Assembly (NCBI GenBank): GCA_032654565.1
Contig: JAULAX010000017.1
Span: 672,001 to 736,000 of the forward strand
Direction of reading: 5' to 3'
Origin: Anaeromyxobacteraceae bacterium
Lineage (GTDB): Bacteria > Myxococcota > Myxococcia > Myxococcales > Anaeromyxobacteraceae
DNA length: 64,000 bases
The notes beneath the pieces were generated by a model. It did no database searches and was not told the DNA's origin. It saw only the letters and a program-made list of their open reading frames with translations. This document shows, in pieces, positions 12,643 through 21,573 of the stretch. Made by a program: the position numbers and the translations under genes. Numbering within the stretch: position 1 is the first letter of the stretch; each line of letters begins with the position of its first letter.

Positions 12643-13101
12643 ATGGCCACCCCGACCCGACTCGCCTGCGCCGCCCTGCTCCTGGCCACCTCCTGCGCCA
12701 CCGCCGAGCCGGGTGGCCTGCCCGGCGCCAGGCGGGCCAGCGGACCGGGCTCGCCGCCACCCCCGGTGGCCTACGGCGGGGAGATCCTGCGGCTCGGCGC
12801 CGACGCCGTCGGCTTCAAGCGCCCGCTCCCGGTGGACGAGGAGTGCCTCGGGGACGCGCTGCGCCGGGCCCCCGGCGCCGCCGGCGTCGAGAACAAGGTC
12901 AGGTTCGCGGTGCTCCTCGACGGCAGCCTGGCCCGGTTCTCCTACCTGGAGCCGGTGACGCCGGCGCAGGCCCGCGCCATCGAGGCCGCCTTCGCCTCGT
13001 GTCGCTGGAGCCCGGGGATCGACCCGAACGGCCACCCGGTCCCGGTCTGGGTGATCCAGCCCATCAAGGTGGTCGGCACGCCGCAGGTCGACCCGGACTG
13101 A
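12643..13101 (+). CDS. Putative lipoprotein with TonB C-terminal-like domain
   Basis: Lipobox-like LATSC; VRFAVLLDGS...RWSPGIDPNGHPVPVW resembles TonB_C. Confidence 0.55.
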   Translation: MATPTRLACAALLLATSCATAEPGGLPGARRASGPGSPPPPVAYGGEILRLGADAVGFKRPLPVDEECLGDALRRAPGAAGVENKVRFAVLLDGSLARFSYLEPVTPAQARAIEAAFASCRWSPGIDPNGHPVPVWVIQPIKVVGTPQVDPD

Positions 13102-13166
13102 GCCGGGCCGACCCGTGGGGCCTCCCCGCCGGAGCGGGGCGCGGCCGCCGGGCCAGCCCCTCGCCC

Positions 13167-14978
13167 CTACGCCGGCCTGGTCGCCCCGCCCTCGGGGGGG
13201 GAGGACCGGCGCTGCCAGAAGCGGCGCGGCGCCAGGGCCAGGGCCATCAGCAGCAGCTGCGACCCGCAGAAGGCCGAGAGGGACCAGAAGGCCTTGTCCA
13301 TGAAGCCGTAGGAGTGCAGCCCCACCCCCAGCATGTTGACGCCGAACCAGCTGAGCGCGGTGATGACGTTGCCGAAGATGGCCATGGTCATGATGCCGCG
13401 GTCGCGCACGTAGCCGCCCCAGCGGGCGTGCAGGATGATGGCGTTCCAGAGCACGATCAGCAGCGCCCCGTTCTCCTTGGGATCCCAGCCCCAGAACCGG
13501 CCCCAGGACTGGTCGGCCCAGATGCCGCCCAGCACGGTGCCGATGAAGCTGAAGAAGAGCGCGAAGCAGATGACCCCGTAGGCCATCGACACCAGGGTCT
13601 TGTCGGTGGCCGGCAGCAGCGACGGCGCCAGGTGCTTGCGCAGCGCCCAGCCGATGGCGATGGCCCCGGCCAGGAAGGTCCCGGAGTAGCCGATGGTGAT
13701 GGTGGTGACGTGGGTGGCCAGCCAGAAGTTGGAGTCGAGCACCGCCCGCATCATCTCCATGGTGTCGCCGTCGCCGGTCAGGTGGTGGGCCACGATCAGC
13801 GAGGCGAAGCCGGCCGAGGCGGCCACCGCGGTGCCGAAGCCCTTGCGGTACATCCGCTCCAGGAACACCCCCAGCACCACCGCGCCCCAGCCGACGAAGA
13901 CCGCCGAGGAGTAGAGGTTGGTGACCGGCGGGCGCCCCTGGAGGATGACCCGGGAGACCAGGCCGCCGGTGTGGATGATGGTGCCGGCCAGCAGCAGCGC
14001 GAAGGCCGAGCCCTGCAGCAGCTCGGGGCGCCACAGCCAGGAGGCGAAGACCAGCAGCAGCGCCGCCACGTAGATCACCATCCCCGAGTAGAAGGGGTCG
14101 ACCCGGTTGAAGACGATCTCGTGGTCGCCCTGGGCCACCGCCTCGGGCTTGGCGGCCACGCCGAAGGCCCGCAGCTGGGCCACCGCGGCGTTGAAGCCGG
14201 CGGCGTCGCCGGCCCGGTAGGCCGCCCCCACCCTGGCCAGCGAGGCCAGCCCGGCGTCGGCCGAGCCGCCCCCGGCGGCGTCGCGCAGCGCCTCGCCGAC
14301 GCTGCGCCAGCTGGCCTGCAGGTCGCCCTGGGGCGGCAGCGGGCGGAAGAAGGAGGCGCTGGAGAGCAGGGCGTGGCGCTCCCGCGCCGCGGGCTCGGTC
14401 ACCACGGCCAGCTCCTCGGCCAGCGGCTTGCCGCCCGGCACCTGCACGGTGTTCTGCAGCCGCAGGTAGAGGTCGAGCCGCTGGTAGAGGTTGACCACCG
14501 CCCCCTGGAAGCGGGTCCGCTGCTTGGGGTCGACCGGCTCGGCGGCCGCCGCCTGGTTCTGGACCTCGCCGAGGAAGGGGCGGATGTCCCGGAAGGCGAA
14601 GTAGCGGTTGGTCGAGGAGAGCTTCTGCCCGATCAGCGAGAGCACGTCGGGGTCGTTGATGACGAAGGCCGGCTGGGCGTCGGCCACCTCGGGCCGGAAG
14701 AGGACGTCGAGGATCCACTCGTCGGCCCCCACGGTGCGGGCCTGCTTCTGCCCGCCCACCTCCTCCTCGAAGCGGAAGCTCATCTGGCTGCGGATCATCA
14801 GCAGCGAGTTGCGGGCCACCGAGTCGACGGGCTTGATGCGCCCGCCCTCCAGCACCGGCAGCCGCCCGAAGGCGTCGAGGTTCATGCCCCGCACCGGCCG
14901 GGCCGGGAGCAGCCCGGAGGCCACCCAGCCCAGCGCCAGCACGCCCACCACCCACGGTGCGAACCTGGAGAGCTTCAT
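13167..14978 (-). CDS. ccsA: Cytochrome c biogenesis protein CcsA/ResC (system II) with large N-terminal periplasmic domain
   Basis: WWD motif WADQSWGRFWGWDPKE, WLATHV, GLHSYG. Confidence 0.93.
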   Translation of the reverse strand: MKLSRFAPWVVGVLALGWVASGLLPARPVRGMNLDAFGRLPVLEGGRIKPVDSVARNSLLMIRSQMSFRFEEEVGGQKQARTVGADEWILDVLFRPEVADAQPAFVINDPDVLSLIGQKLSSTNRYFAFRDIRPFLGEVQNQAAAAEPVDPKQRTRFQGAVVNLYQRLDLYLRLQNTVQVPGGKPLAEELAVVTEPAARERHALLSSASFFRPLPPQGDLQASWRSVGEALRDAAGGGSADAGLASLARVGAAYRAGDAAGFNAAVAQLRAFGVAAKPEAVAQGDHEIVFNRVDPFYSGMVIYVAALLLVFASWLWRPELLQGSAFALLLAGTIIHTGGLVSRVILQGRPPVTNLYSSAVFVGWGAVVLGVFLERMYRKGFGTAVAASAGFASLIVAHHLTGDGDTMEMMRAVLDSNFWLATHVTTITIGYSGTFLAGAIAIGWALRKHLAPSLLPATDKTLVSMAYGVICFALFFSFIGTVLGGIWADQSWGRFWGWDPKENGALLIVLWNAIILHARWGGYVRDRGIMTMAIFGNVITALSWFGVNMLGVGLHSYGFMDKAFWSLSAFCGSQLLLMALALAPRRFWQRRSSPPEGGATRPA

Positions 14979-14979
14979 G

Positions 14980-16155
14980 TCATGCCTCCGCTGCGGCGGC
15001 CCGCCGCCTGAGCGCCCTGCCGAGTGAGATTCCGAAGTGGACCAGCAGCCCGATGCCGACCAGCGCGCAGGAGATGTAGGGGAGCAGCCAGCCCGGGTTC
15101 TCCACCACCTGCAGGATGGAGAGGGTGTCGTTCTTGCCGAAGCTGGCCTGGTAGAAGGCCTTGCCCCCGTAGCGCAGCGGCTGGTTCATGTAGATGAGGA
15201 CGTCGCGGGCCTCGTTCTTGGCCCGGTTGGTGAGGTGCACCAGGCTGGAGAAGTTCTTGGGGATGGTGGTCCCCTCGTAGACGTCGTGGCTGAACTTCTT
15301 CAGCGTCATCGAGTAGGGGAGGTACTGGCGGCGGGGGCGCATGGCCAGCGCGTAGGCCCGCCCCTCGTGGATGAACTGCTGCGGCGACCCCAGCTGCCCG
15401 GAGACCAGCCAGGCCCCGTAGCTGCGCCCCCCGGCCACCGGCTCCACCACCGCCACCGGCACGTTGCTCCGGTCGTCGGAGGAGACCGGGCGCAGCGGCT
15501 GCACCGCCACGTTGGCGCCGACGCCCATGTTGGCCACCGGCTGGAAGCCGGGGCCGGCCATGGAGAGCTGGGCGTTCTCCCAGTAGCGGCGGACCCGCAG
15601 GACCACCGGCGTCCCCGGCACCGGGATCAGGCCCCCCTCGGCCAGCAGCCCCTCGGGGACCGAGTGGACCTCGTCCCAGGCCGGGTCGGTGGTGTCGGTG
15701 AGCGTCAGCTCCTGCTCGCGGGGGTGCTCGACGTAGTTGACCGTCTGCCCCTCCTCGATGGCCAGCTGGGTCTCCACCTGGAAGACCCCGGTGATGAACT
15801 CGCCGACGAAGAGCAGGATCAGGCCGGCGTGGACGATCCAGATGCCGGCCTTCCTGGTGGAGAGCTCGAGGCGGCGCCCCTGGGCGGCGGCCAGGTTGAG
15901 CATCAGCACCAGCCCGACGCTGGCGCCGCCGGGGAAGATGGCCAGCGACCAGCCGGTGCCCGGCACCTGCCACCAGACCACGAAGCTGCGCATGTAGAGG
16001 TTGACGGCGGCCACGGTGCCGAGCTGCACCTGGGCCAGCGTGCAGGCCACCACCAGCAGCATGAGCAGGGTGAGGCAGACGATGGTGAGCTTGAGGGAGG
16101 TCACCAGGTCCCAGAGCGTGCGGACCGCGGCGCGGGCGGGCGTGGAGTCAGTCAC
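14980..16155 (-). CDS. Cytochrome c biogenesis protein ResB/CcsB-like
   Basis: N-terminal TM helices with conserved His (IVHAGL), MNQPLRYGGKAFYQASF, C-terminal TM; adjacent to ccsA. Confidence 0.85.
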   Translation of the reverse strand: MTDSTPARAAVRTLWDLVTSLKLTIVCLTLLMLLVVACTLAQVQLGTVAAVNLYMRSFVVWWQVPGTGWSLAIFPGGASVGLVLMLNLAAAQGRRLELSTRKAGIWIVHAGLILLFVGEFITGVFQVETQLAIEEGQTVNYVEHPREQELTLTDTTDPAWDEVHSVPEGLLAEGGLIPVPGTPVVLRVRRYWENAQLSMAGPGFQPVANMGVGANVAVQPLRPVSSDDRSNVPVAVVEPVAGGRSYGAWLVSGQLGSPQQFIHEGRAYALAMRPRRQYLPYSMTLKKFSHDVYEGTTIPKNFSSLVHLTNRAKNEARDVLIYMNQPLRYGGKAFYQASFGKNDTLSILQVVENPGWLLPYISCALVGIGLLVHFGISLGRALRRRAAAAEA

Positions 16156-16831
16156 GGTGGAGGCTCCCCAGCAGCTGGAGGAAGGCGGGGCGGGCGGCGG
16201 TGACCGGCTCGGCGTCGCCGGTCAGCTTGATGAACCAGGCGCTGCCGTCGACCATGAGGATGGCGGCGATGAGGCGGCTCTTCGTGCCGCCCTCGCTGGT
16301 GAAGTCGTAGACGTTGACCGCCCCGACCCGGGAGGTGACGGTGGTGCGGGCCGCCGCCAGGCCGGCGGCGTCGGTGGGGCCGAGGCCGATCTGGCCCCGC
16401 CAGCGGTTGACGTTGGGCAGCTCGCCGCCGGCGTCGCCGGGGAGCGTCACCACCGAGCCGTCGATCTTGCCGGCGCCCGGGACCTTGAAGGTGGCGAAGC
16501 GCATCCCGCCGGGAAAGCTCTGCCCCCAGCCGGCGGGGAGCGTCCACTTCACCGCCTCGGCGCCGCTGGGCGTGGGGGGCATGGGGACGTCGCCGGCCAT
16601 GCCGGGCGGCGGCGTGGGGGCCGGGGCGGTCCGGTGCGAGGCGCCCAGCCCGTCGCCGCCGGCGGCCTCGGCGGCCGGCGCGACCTCCTTGGCGACGCGG
16701 TAGCTGGTCACCTCCTCCCGCCGGCACCCGGCCACGAGGAGGAGGAGCACGCCGGCGACGAGCCAGGCGCCGCGCGCCGGCGCGCGGGGGGCGCCGAGGG
16801 CGGATCGGGAGGGGGGCTGGACCACGTCCAT
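16148..16831 (-). CDS. Putative lipoprotein, first gene of the ccs operon
   Basis: Lipobox LVAGC; WTLPAGW, NVNRWRGQIGL, WFIKLTG; overlaps the resB-like start. Start site uncertain. Confidence 0.7.
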   Translation of the reverse strand: MDVVQPPSRSALGAPRAPARGAWLVAGVLLLLVAGCRREEVTSYRVAKEVAPAAEAAGGDGLGASHRTAPAPTPPPGMAGDVPMPPTPSGAEAVKWTLPAGWGQSFPGGMRFATFKVPGAGKIDGSVVTLPGDAGGELPNVNRWRGQIGLGPTDAAGLAAARTTVTSRVGAVNVYDFTSEGGTKSRLIAAILMVDGSAWFIKLTGDAEPVTAARPAFLQLLGSLHRD

Positions 16832-16946
16832 CGAGGCTCCTCTGGGTTGGGCTTGCGCCCCATGTTCTAATCTCCGGGGCCAAGGGTGCAATACGACTTG
16901 GGATCGGCTATGCCAGTTCCCCCTTGTCTCATCGGAGTTTTTCGCG

Positions 16947-18020
16947 ATGCAGCAGACCGAGAACCTGAATGTAGCGGCATTTGACCTCATGCCCTCCCCG
17001 GACGAGGTACACGCTCGGGTCCCCCTGTCCGAGAAGGCCGCTTCCACCGTCCTGGCCGGCCGCCGCGCCATCGAGGCCATCCTCGACGGCCGGGACCGCC
17101 GCCTCTTCGCCGTGGTCGGCCCCTGCTCCATCCACGACCCGCTGGCCGGCCTCGACTACGCCCGGCGGCTGCGCGCCCTGGCCGACGAGCTGGCCGAGAC
17201 GCTGGTGCTGGTGATGCGGGTCTACTTCGAGAAGCCGCGCACCTCGCTGGGCTGGAAGGGGTTCATCAACGACCCCAACCTCGACGACTCCTTCCGGGTC
17301 GACGAGGGGATGGAGAAGGCCCGCAAGTTCCTGCTCGACGTCAACGAGCTGGGGCTGCCGGCCGGCACCGAGGCGCTCGACCCCATCGCGCCCCAGTACT
17401 ACATGGACCTGGTCACCTGGACCGCCATCGGGGCCCGCACCTCCGAGTCGCAGACCCACCGCGAGATGTCCTCCGGCCTCTCCACGCCGGTGGGCTTCAA
17501 GAACGGCACCGACGGCGACGTCGACGCCGCCGTCAACGCCATCCTCTCGGCCAGCGGGGCCCACGCCTTCCTCGGCGTCAACGGCCAGGGGAAGACCGCC
17601 ATCATCCGCACCCGCGGCAACCGCTACGGCCACGTGGTGCTGCGCGGCGGCGGCGGGCGCTCCAACTACGACTCGCTCTCCATCTCGCTGGCCGAGCAGG
17701 CGCTCACCAAGGCCAGGCTGCCGCGCAACCTGGTGGTCGACTGCTCCCATGCCAACTCGCTGAAGAAGCCGGAGCTGCAGCCGCTGGTGCTGCGCGACGT
17801 GGTCAACCAGATCCGCGACGGCAACCGCTCGGTGACCGGGGTGATGGTGGAGAGCTTCATCGAGGCGGGGAACCAGCCCCTCCAGCCCGATCTCTCCCTG
17901 CTCCGCTACGGCTGCTCGGTGACCGACGGCTGCGTCGGCTGGGACACCACCGTGGAGATGCTGCGCGAGACCCACCAGGCGCTCAAGGAAGTGCTGCCGA
18001 AGCGGAAGCGGTTCGACTGA
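16947..18020 (+). CDS. 3-deoxy-7-phosphoheptulonate (DAHP) synthase, class I-alpha
   Basis: Motifs GPCSIHD, RVYFEKPRT, AIGARTSESQTHRE, GFKNGTDG, VDCSHANS. Confidence 0.95.
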   Translation: MQQTENLNVAAFDLMPSPDEVHARVPLSEKAASTVLAGRRAIEAILDGRDRRLFAVVGPCSIHDPLAGLDYARRLRALADELAETLVLVMRVYFEKPRTSLGWKGFINDPNLDDSFRVDEGMEKARKFLLDVNELGLPAGTEALDPIAPQYYMDLVTWTAIGARTSESQTHREMSSGLSTPVGFKNGTDGDVDAAVNAILSASGAHAFLGVNGQGKTAIIRTRGNRYGHVVLRGGGGRSNYDSLSISLAEQALTKARLPRNLVVDCSHANSLKKPELQPLVLRDVVNQIRDGNRSVTGVMVESFIEAGNQPLQPDLSLLRYGCSVTDGCVGWDTTVEMLRETHQALKEVLPKRKRFD

Positions 18021-18045
18021 GGTCCCGGGTGGGCGGGGAGACGCG

Positions 18046-19779
18046 ATGAACGAAGCCAAGCCGCAGGACGCCGTTCCGGCCCAGGTGGGGGTCAACGCCT
18101 GCGCCGCGGAGATCGCCCGGACCATGTTCGAGGGGATGCCCAGCGGCATCAGCGTCATCGACCGCGACTTCCGCATCCAGCAGGTCAACCAGTACTTCGC
18201 CACCTGGCTGAAGCGCTCCCCCGACGAGATGGTCGGGCAGCTGTGCTACGGCCTGATCCACCACCGGGACGAACCCTGCGTCGACTGCCCCTGCGCCGTC
18301 ACCTTCCGCACCGGGGAGCCGGCCACCACCGTCCACACCGGGCTCGACGCCCAGGGCGGCACCACCTACGCCGAGATCGTCGCGCTCCCGGTGCGCAACG
18401 CGGCCGGCCAGGTCACCCACGCCCTGGAGGCGGCCCGCGACGTCTCCGAGCGCGAGCGCCACCTGCGCCAGCTCGGCCAGGCGGTGGCCGACCTGCGCGC
18501 CTCCGACGAGCAGCTGCGGCGCCGCAACGAGGAGCTGGAGATCCTCAACGGCCTCATGCTCCGCGCCAGCGGGCCCATGCGGATGAGCGACCTGCTCGAC
18601 GCCCTGCTCTCCGGGGCGCTCCGCGTCGCCGGGCCGCAGGCCGCCGGCGGCATCTTCCTGCTCGACGAGGCGCGGCGGGAGCTGCAGCTGGCCGCCCACC
18701 GGGGGCTGGACGCCGACTTCGTGCTCCGCGAGCGCTCGGTCCGGCTCGGCGAGTGCCTCTGCGGCGCCGCCGCCCTCTCCGGCGAGGTCATCATCAGCGC
18801 CGACCCGTCCCGGGACCCGCGCTACACCCGCACCACCACCGCCGCGCCCCACGGCGAGGTGATCATCCCGCTCTCCTCCCACGAGCAGGTGCTGGGGGTG
18901 CTCTTCATCCAGCTGCCGGCCGGGCAGCCGGTCCCGCCGCCCGAGCGGGAGCGGCTCTTCCGGCTGATGGGGCGGCAGATCGGCATCTCGGTGGAGAACG
19001 CCCAGCTCTACCAGCGCACCGACGCCCAGCTGCGGCTCAAGGTGGGGGAGCTGACCCGGGCCCTCTCCACGGTGGAGCGGGAGCGGGCCCGGGCCGAGAG
19101 CAGCGAGCGGACCAAGGAGGAGTTCGTCTCCATGGTCTCGCACGACCTGCGCTCGCCGCTCACGGTGATCCTCGCCGACGCCGGCGACTACGCCACCAGC
19201 TGCACCGACCCCGGCTGCGCCGAGTCCCGGGCCTCGGTGCGCCAGTCGGCGCGACGCATGGCGGTGATGCTCAACGAGCTGGTCGACTCGGCCCGCCTGG
19301 AGTCGGGGACGCTGGAGCTGCACCACGAGCCCGTCGATCTCGGCGCCCTGCTGCGCACCCTGGCGGTGCAGAGCTTCTCGGTGGCCGACCGGGCCCGGCT
19401 CCAGTTCGTCGACGCCCAGCCGGCGCTGCTGCTCCCCGGCGATCGCTCCTGGCTGGAGCGGGCCCTGGTCAACGTCATCGGCAACGCCCTCAAGTACGCG
19501 CCCGGCGACACGCCGGTGCGAATCATGCTGGCCGCCGACGGCGAGGCCGCGGTGGTGACGGTCACCGACGAAGGGCCGGGCATCCCCGCCGACGAGCTGC
19601 AGCTGGTCTTCCAGCGCTTCTACCGGGCCTCCAACACCCGCCGGCGCGTCGAGGGCTCGGGGCTGGGGCTCTTCATCGCCCGCAAGGTGGTCGAGGCCCA
19701 CGGCGGCGAGGCCACGGTGCAGAGCGAGGAGGGGCGCGGCACCACCATCCGCTTCCGCTTCCCGGTGCGCCCGGCCTGA
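18046..19779 (+). CDS. PAS-GAF sensor histidine kinase
   Basis: PAS with Cys cluster, GAF (GECLCG), H-box SHDLRSPL, N-box NALKY, G-boxes DEGPGI and GSGLGL. Confidence 0.92.
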   Translation: MNEAKPQDAVPAQVGVNACAAEIARTMFEGMPSGISVIDRDFRIQQVNQYFATWLKRSPDEMVGQLCYGLIHHRDEPCVDCPCAVTFRTGEPATTVHTGLDAQGGTTYAEIVALPVRNAAGQVTHALEAARDVSERERHLRQLGQAVADLRASDEQLRRRNEELEILNGLMLRASGPMRMSDLLDALLSGALRVAGPQAAGGIFLLDEARRELQLAAHRGLDADFVLRERSVRLGECLCGAAALSGEVIISADPSRDPRYTRTTTAAPHGEVIIPLSSHEQVLGVLFIQLPAGQPVPPPERERLFRLMGRQIGISVENAQLYQRTDAQLRLKVGELTRALSTVERERARAESSERTKEEFVSMVSHDLRSPLTVILADAGDYATSCTDPGCAESRASVRQSARRMAVMLNELVDSARLESGTLELHHEPVDLGALLRTLAVQSFSVADRARLQFVDAQPALLLPGDRSWLERALVNVIGNALKYAPGDTPVRIMLAADGEAAVVTVTDEGPGIPADELQLVFQRFYRASNTRRRVEGSGLGLFIARKVVEAHGGEATVQSEEGRGTTIRFRFPVRPA

Positions 19780-19836
19780 CCTCGGCCGGGGAGTTCCCCC
19801 GGCCCGAGCCGGCGGCGCCTCGGCCGGAGGGCCTCC

Positions 19837-21468
19837 TCAGGCCCCGCGCACCACCACGCCGCTGGCGGTCTCGTCGAAGGCCAGCTCGGGGTGGAACTTC
19901 TCGGCGCTGCGCAGGGCCCACTCCCGGTCGAAGAGCACCACCAGCCGGTCGCGGACGTCGAGCACCACCTGCCCCTCCGAGATGGCCTCCTGGAGCGCCT
20001 CGGCGGTGAGCGGCTGGCCGTCGGCGCGGCGGGCCCAGCGGGCCAGCTGCCAGGGCTGGGGCTCGACGCGCACCTCGACGCCGTACTCGGCCTCCAGCCG
20101 GTACTTCACCACCTCGAACTGCAGCTGGCCCAGCGCCCCCAGCACCAGGTCGCCGTAGCGGCCGGCCGGCGGGCGGTAGAGCTGCACCGTCCCCTCCTGG
20201 GCCAGCTGCTCGATGCCGGTGCTGAACTGCTTGCGCCGCATGGGGTCGACCAGCGCCAGGCGGCGGAAGTGCTCGGGGGCGAAGCTGGGGATCCCCTCGA
20301 AGGCGAAGGCCGAGCCGCCGGTGAGGGTGTCGCCGATCTCGAAGGTGCCGGTGTCGTGGAGCCCGACCACGTCGCCGGCGTAGGACTCCTCCACGGTGGC
20401 CCGGTCGCGGGCCAGGAACTGGGTGGGGTTGGCGAGGCGGACGTCCTTGCCGGAGCGGACGTGGTGGACCTTCATCCCCTTGACCAGCTTGCCGGAGCAG
20501 ACCCGCACGAAGGCCACCCGGTCGCGGTGGGCCTTGTCCATGTTCGCCTGGATCTTGAAGACGAAGCCGGAGAACTCGGCGCTGGCCGGATCGATCGGCC
20601 CCTGGTCCGACTGGCGCGGGCCGGGCGGCGGCATCAGCTCGCAGAAGGTCTCCAGGAAGGCCTCGAGGCCGAAGTTGTTGACCGCCGAGCCGAAGAACAT
20701 GGGCGAGAGCTGTCCGGCCAGGAACTTCTCCTCGTCGAAGCCGTCGCCGGCGGCGTCGAGCAGCTCGGCGTCGTGGCGGAGCTGGTCGTAGCCGCGCTGG
20801 TCGAGGGCCTCGAGCAGCATGGGGTCGTCGAGGCCGGTCACCTCCACCGGGGGGCGCTCGGCGCCAGTGGTGGTGGAGGAGTTGGCGTGGTCGCGGTCGA
20901 ACAGGTACACGCGCCGGCGCAGCCGGTGGTAGACGCCGCGGAAGGTGCCGCCGCGGAAGATGGGCCAGGTGACCGGGTAGACGCCGATGCCGAGCACGCT
21001 CTCCACCTCGCCGACCAGCTCGAAGGCGTCGCGGCCGGGCCGGTCGAGCTTGTTGACGAAGGTGAAGATGGGGATGGAGCGCTGCCGGCAGACCCGGAAG
21101 AGCTTGCGGGTCTGGGACTCCACCCCCTTGGCGCAGTCGAGCAGCATCACCGCGCCGTCGACGGCGTGGAGGGTGCGGTAGGTGTCCTCGGAGAAGTCGG
21201 CGTGGCCGGGGGTGTCGAGCAGGTTGAGCTGCAGCCCGCGGTAGGGGAAGGCCAGCACCGAGGTGGTGATGGAGATGCCGCGCTCCCGCTCCATCTCCAT
21301 CCAGTCGGAGACGGTGCTGGCGCGGCCGCGCTTGGCCTTGACGGCGCCGGCCAGCTGGATGACGCCGCCGTAGAGCAGCAGCTTCTCGGTCAGCGTGGTC
21401 TTGCCGGCGTCGGGGTGCGAGATGATCGCGAAGGTGCGGCGGCGGCCGACCTGGTGCTGGGCGCTCAT
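19837..21468 (-). CDS. prfC: Peptide chain release factor 3
   Basis: Motifs RRTFAIISHPDAGKTTLTEKLLL, DTPGHADFSEDTYR, FKIQANMD..HRDR, GQLQFEV. Confidence 0.97.
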   Translation of the reverse strand: MSAQHQVGRRRTFAIISHPDAGKTTLTEKLLLYGGVIQLAGAVKAKRGRASTVSDWMEMERERGISITTSVLAFPYRGLQLNLLDTPGHADFSEDTYRTLHAVDGAVMLLDCAKGVESQTRKLFRVCRQRSIPIFTFVNKLDRPGRDAFELVGEVESVLGIGVYPVTWPIFRGGTFRGVYHRLRRRVYLFDRDHANSSTTTGAERPPVEVTGLDDPMLLEALDQRGYDQLRHDAELLDAAGDGFDEEKFLAGQLSPMFFGSAVNNFGLEAFLETFCELMPPPGPRQSDQGPIDPASAEFSGFVFKIQANMDKAHRDRVAFVRVCSGKLVKGMKVHHVRSGKDVRLANPTQFLARDRATVEESYAGDVVGLHDTGTFEIGDTLTGGSAFAFEGIPSFAPEHFRRLALVDPMRRKQFSTGIEQLAQEGTVQLYRPPAGRYGDLVLGALGQLQFEVVKYRLEAEYGVEVRVEPQPWQLARWARRADGQPLTAEALQEAISEGQVVLDVRDRLVVLFDREWALRSAEKFHPELAFDETASGVVVRGA

Positions 21469-21573
21469 GGACTCCTCGTGGGAAAGGCCGGCCCGGCGCC
21501 GCCTCGGCGGCCGGGGGCGCCGGACTTAGCACATCCGGGCGGGACCCGTCACAGCGCCACGGCCTCCTCGCCC

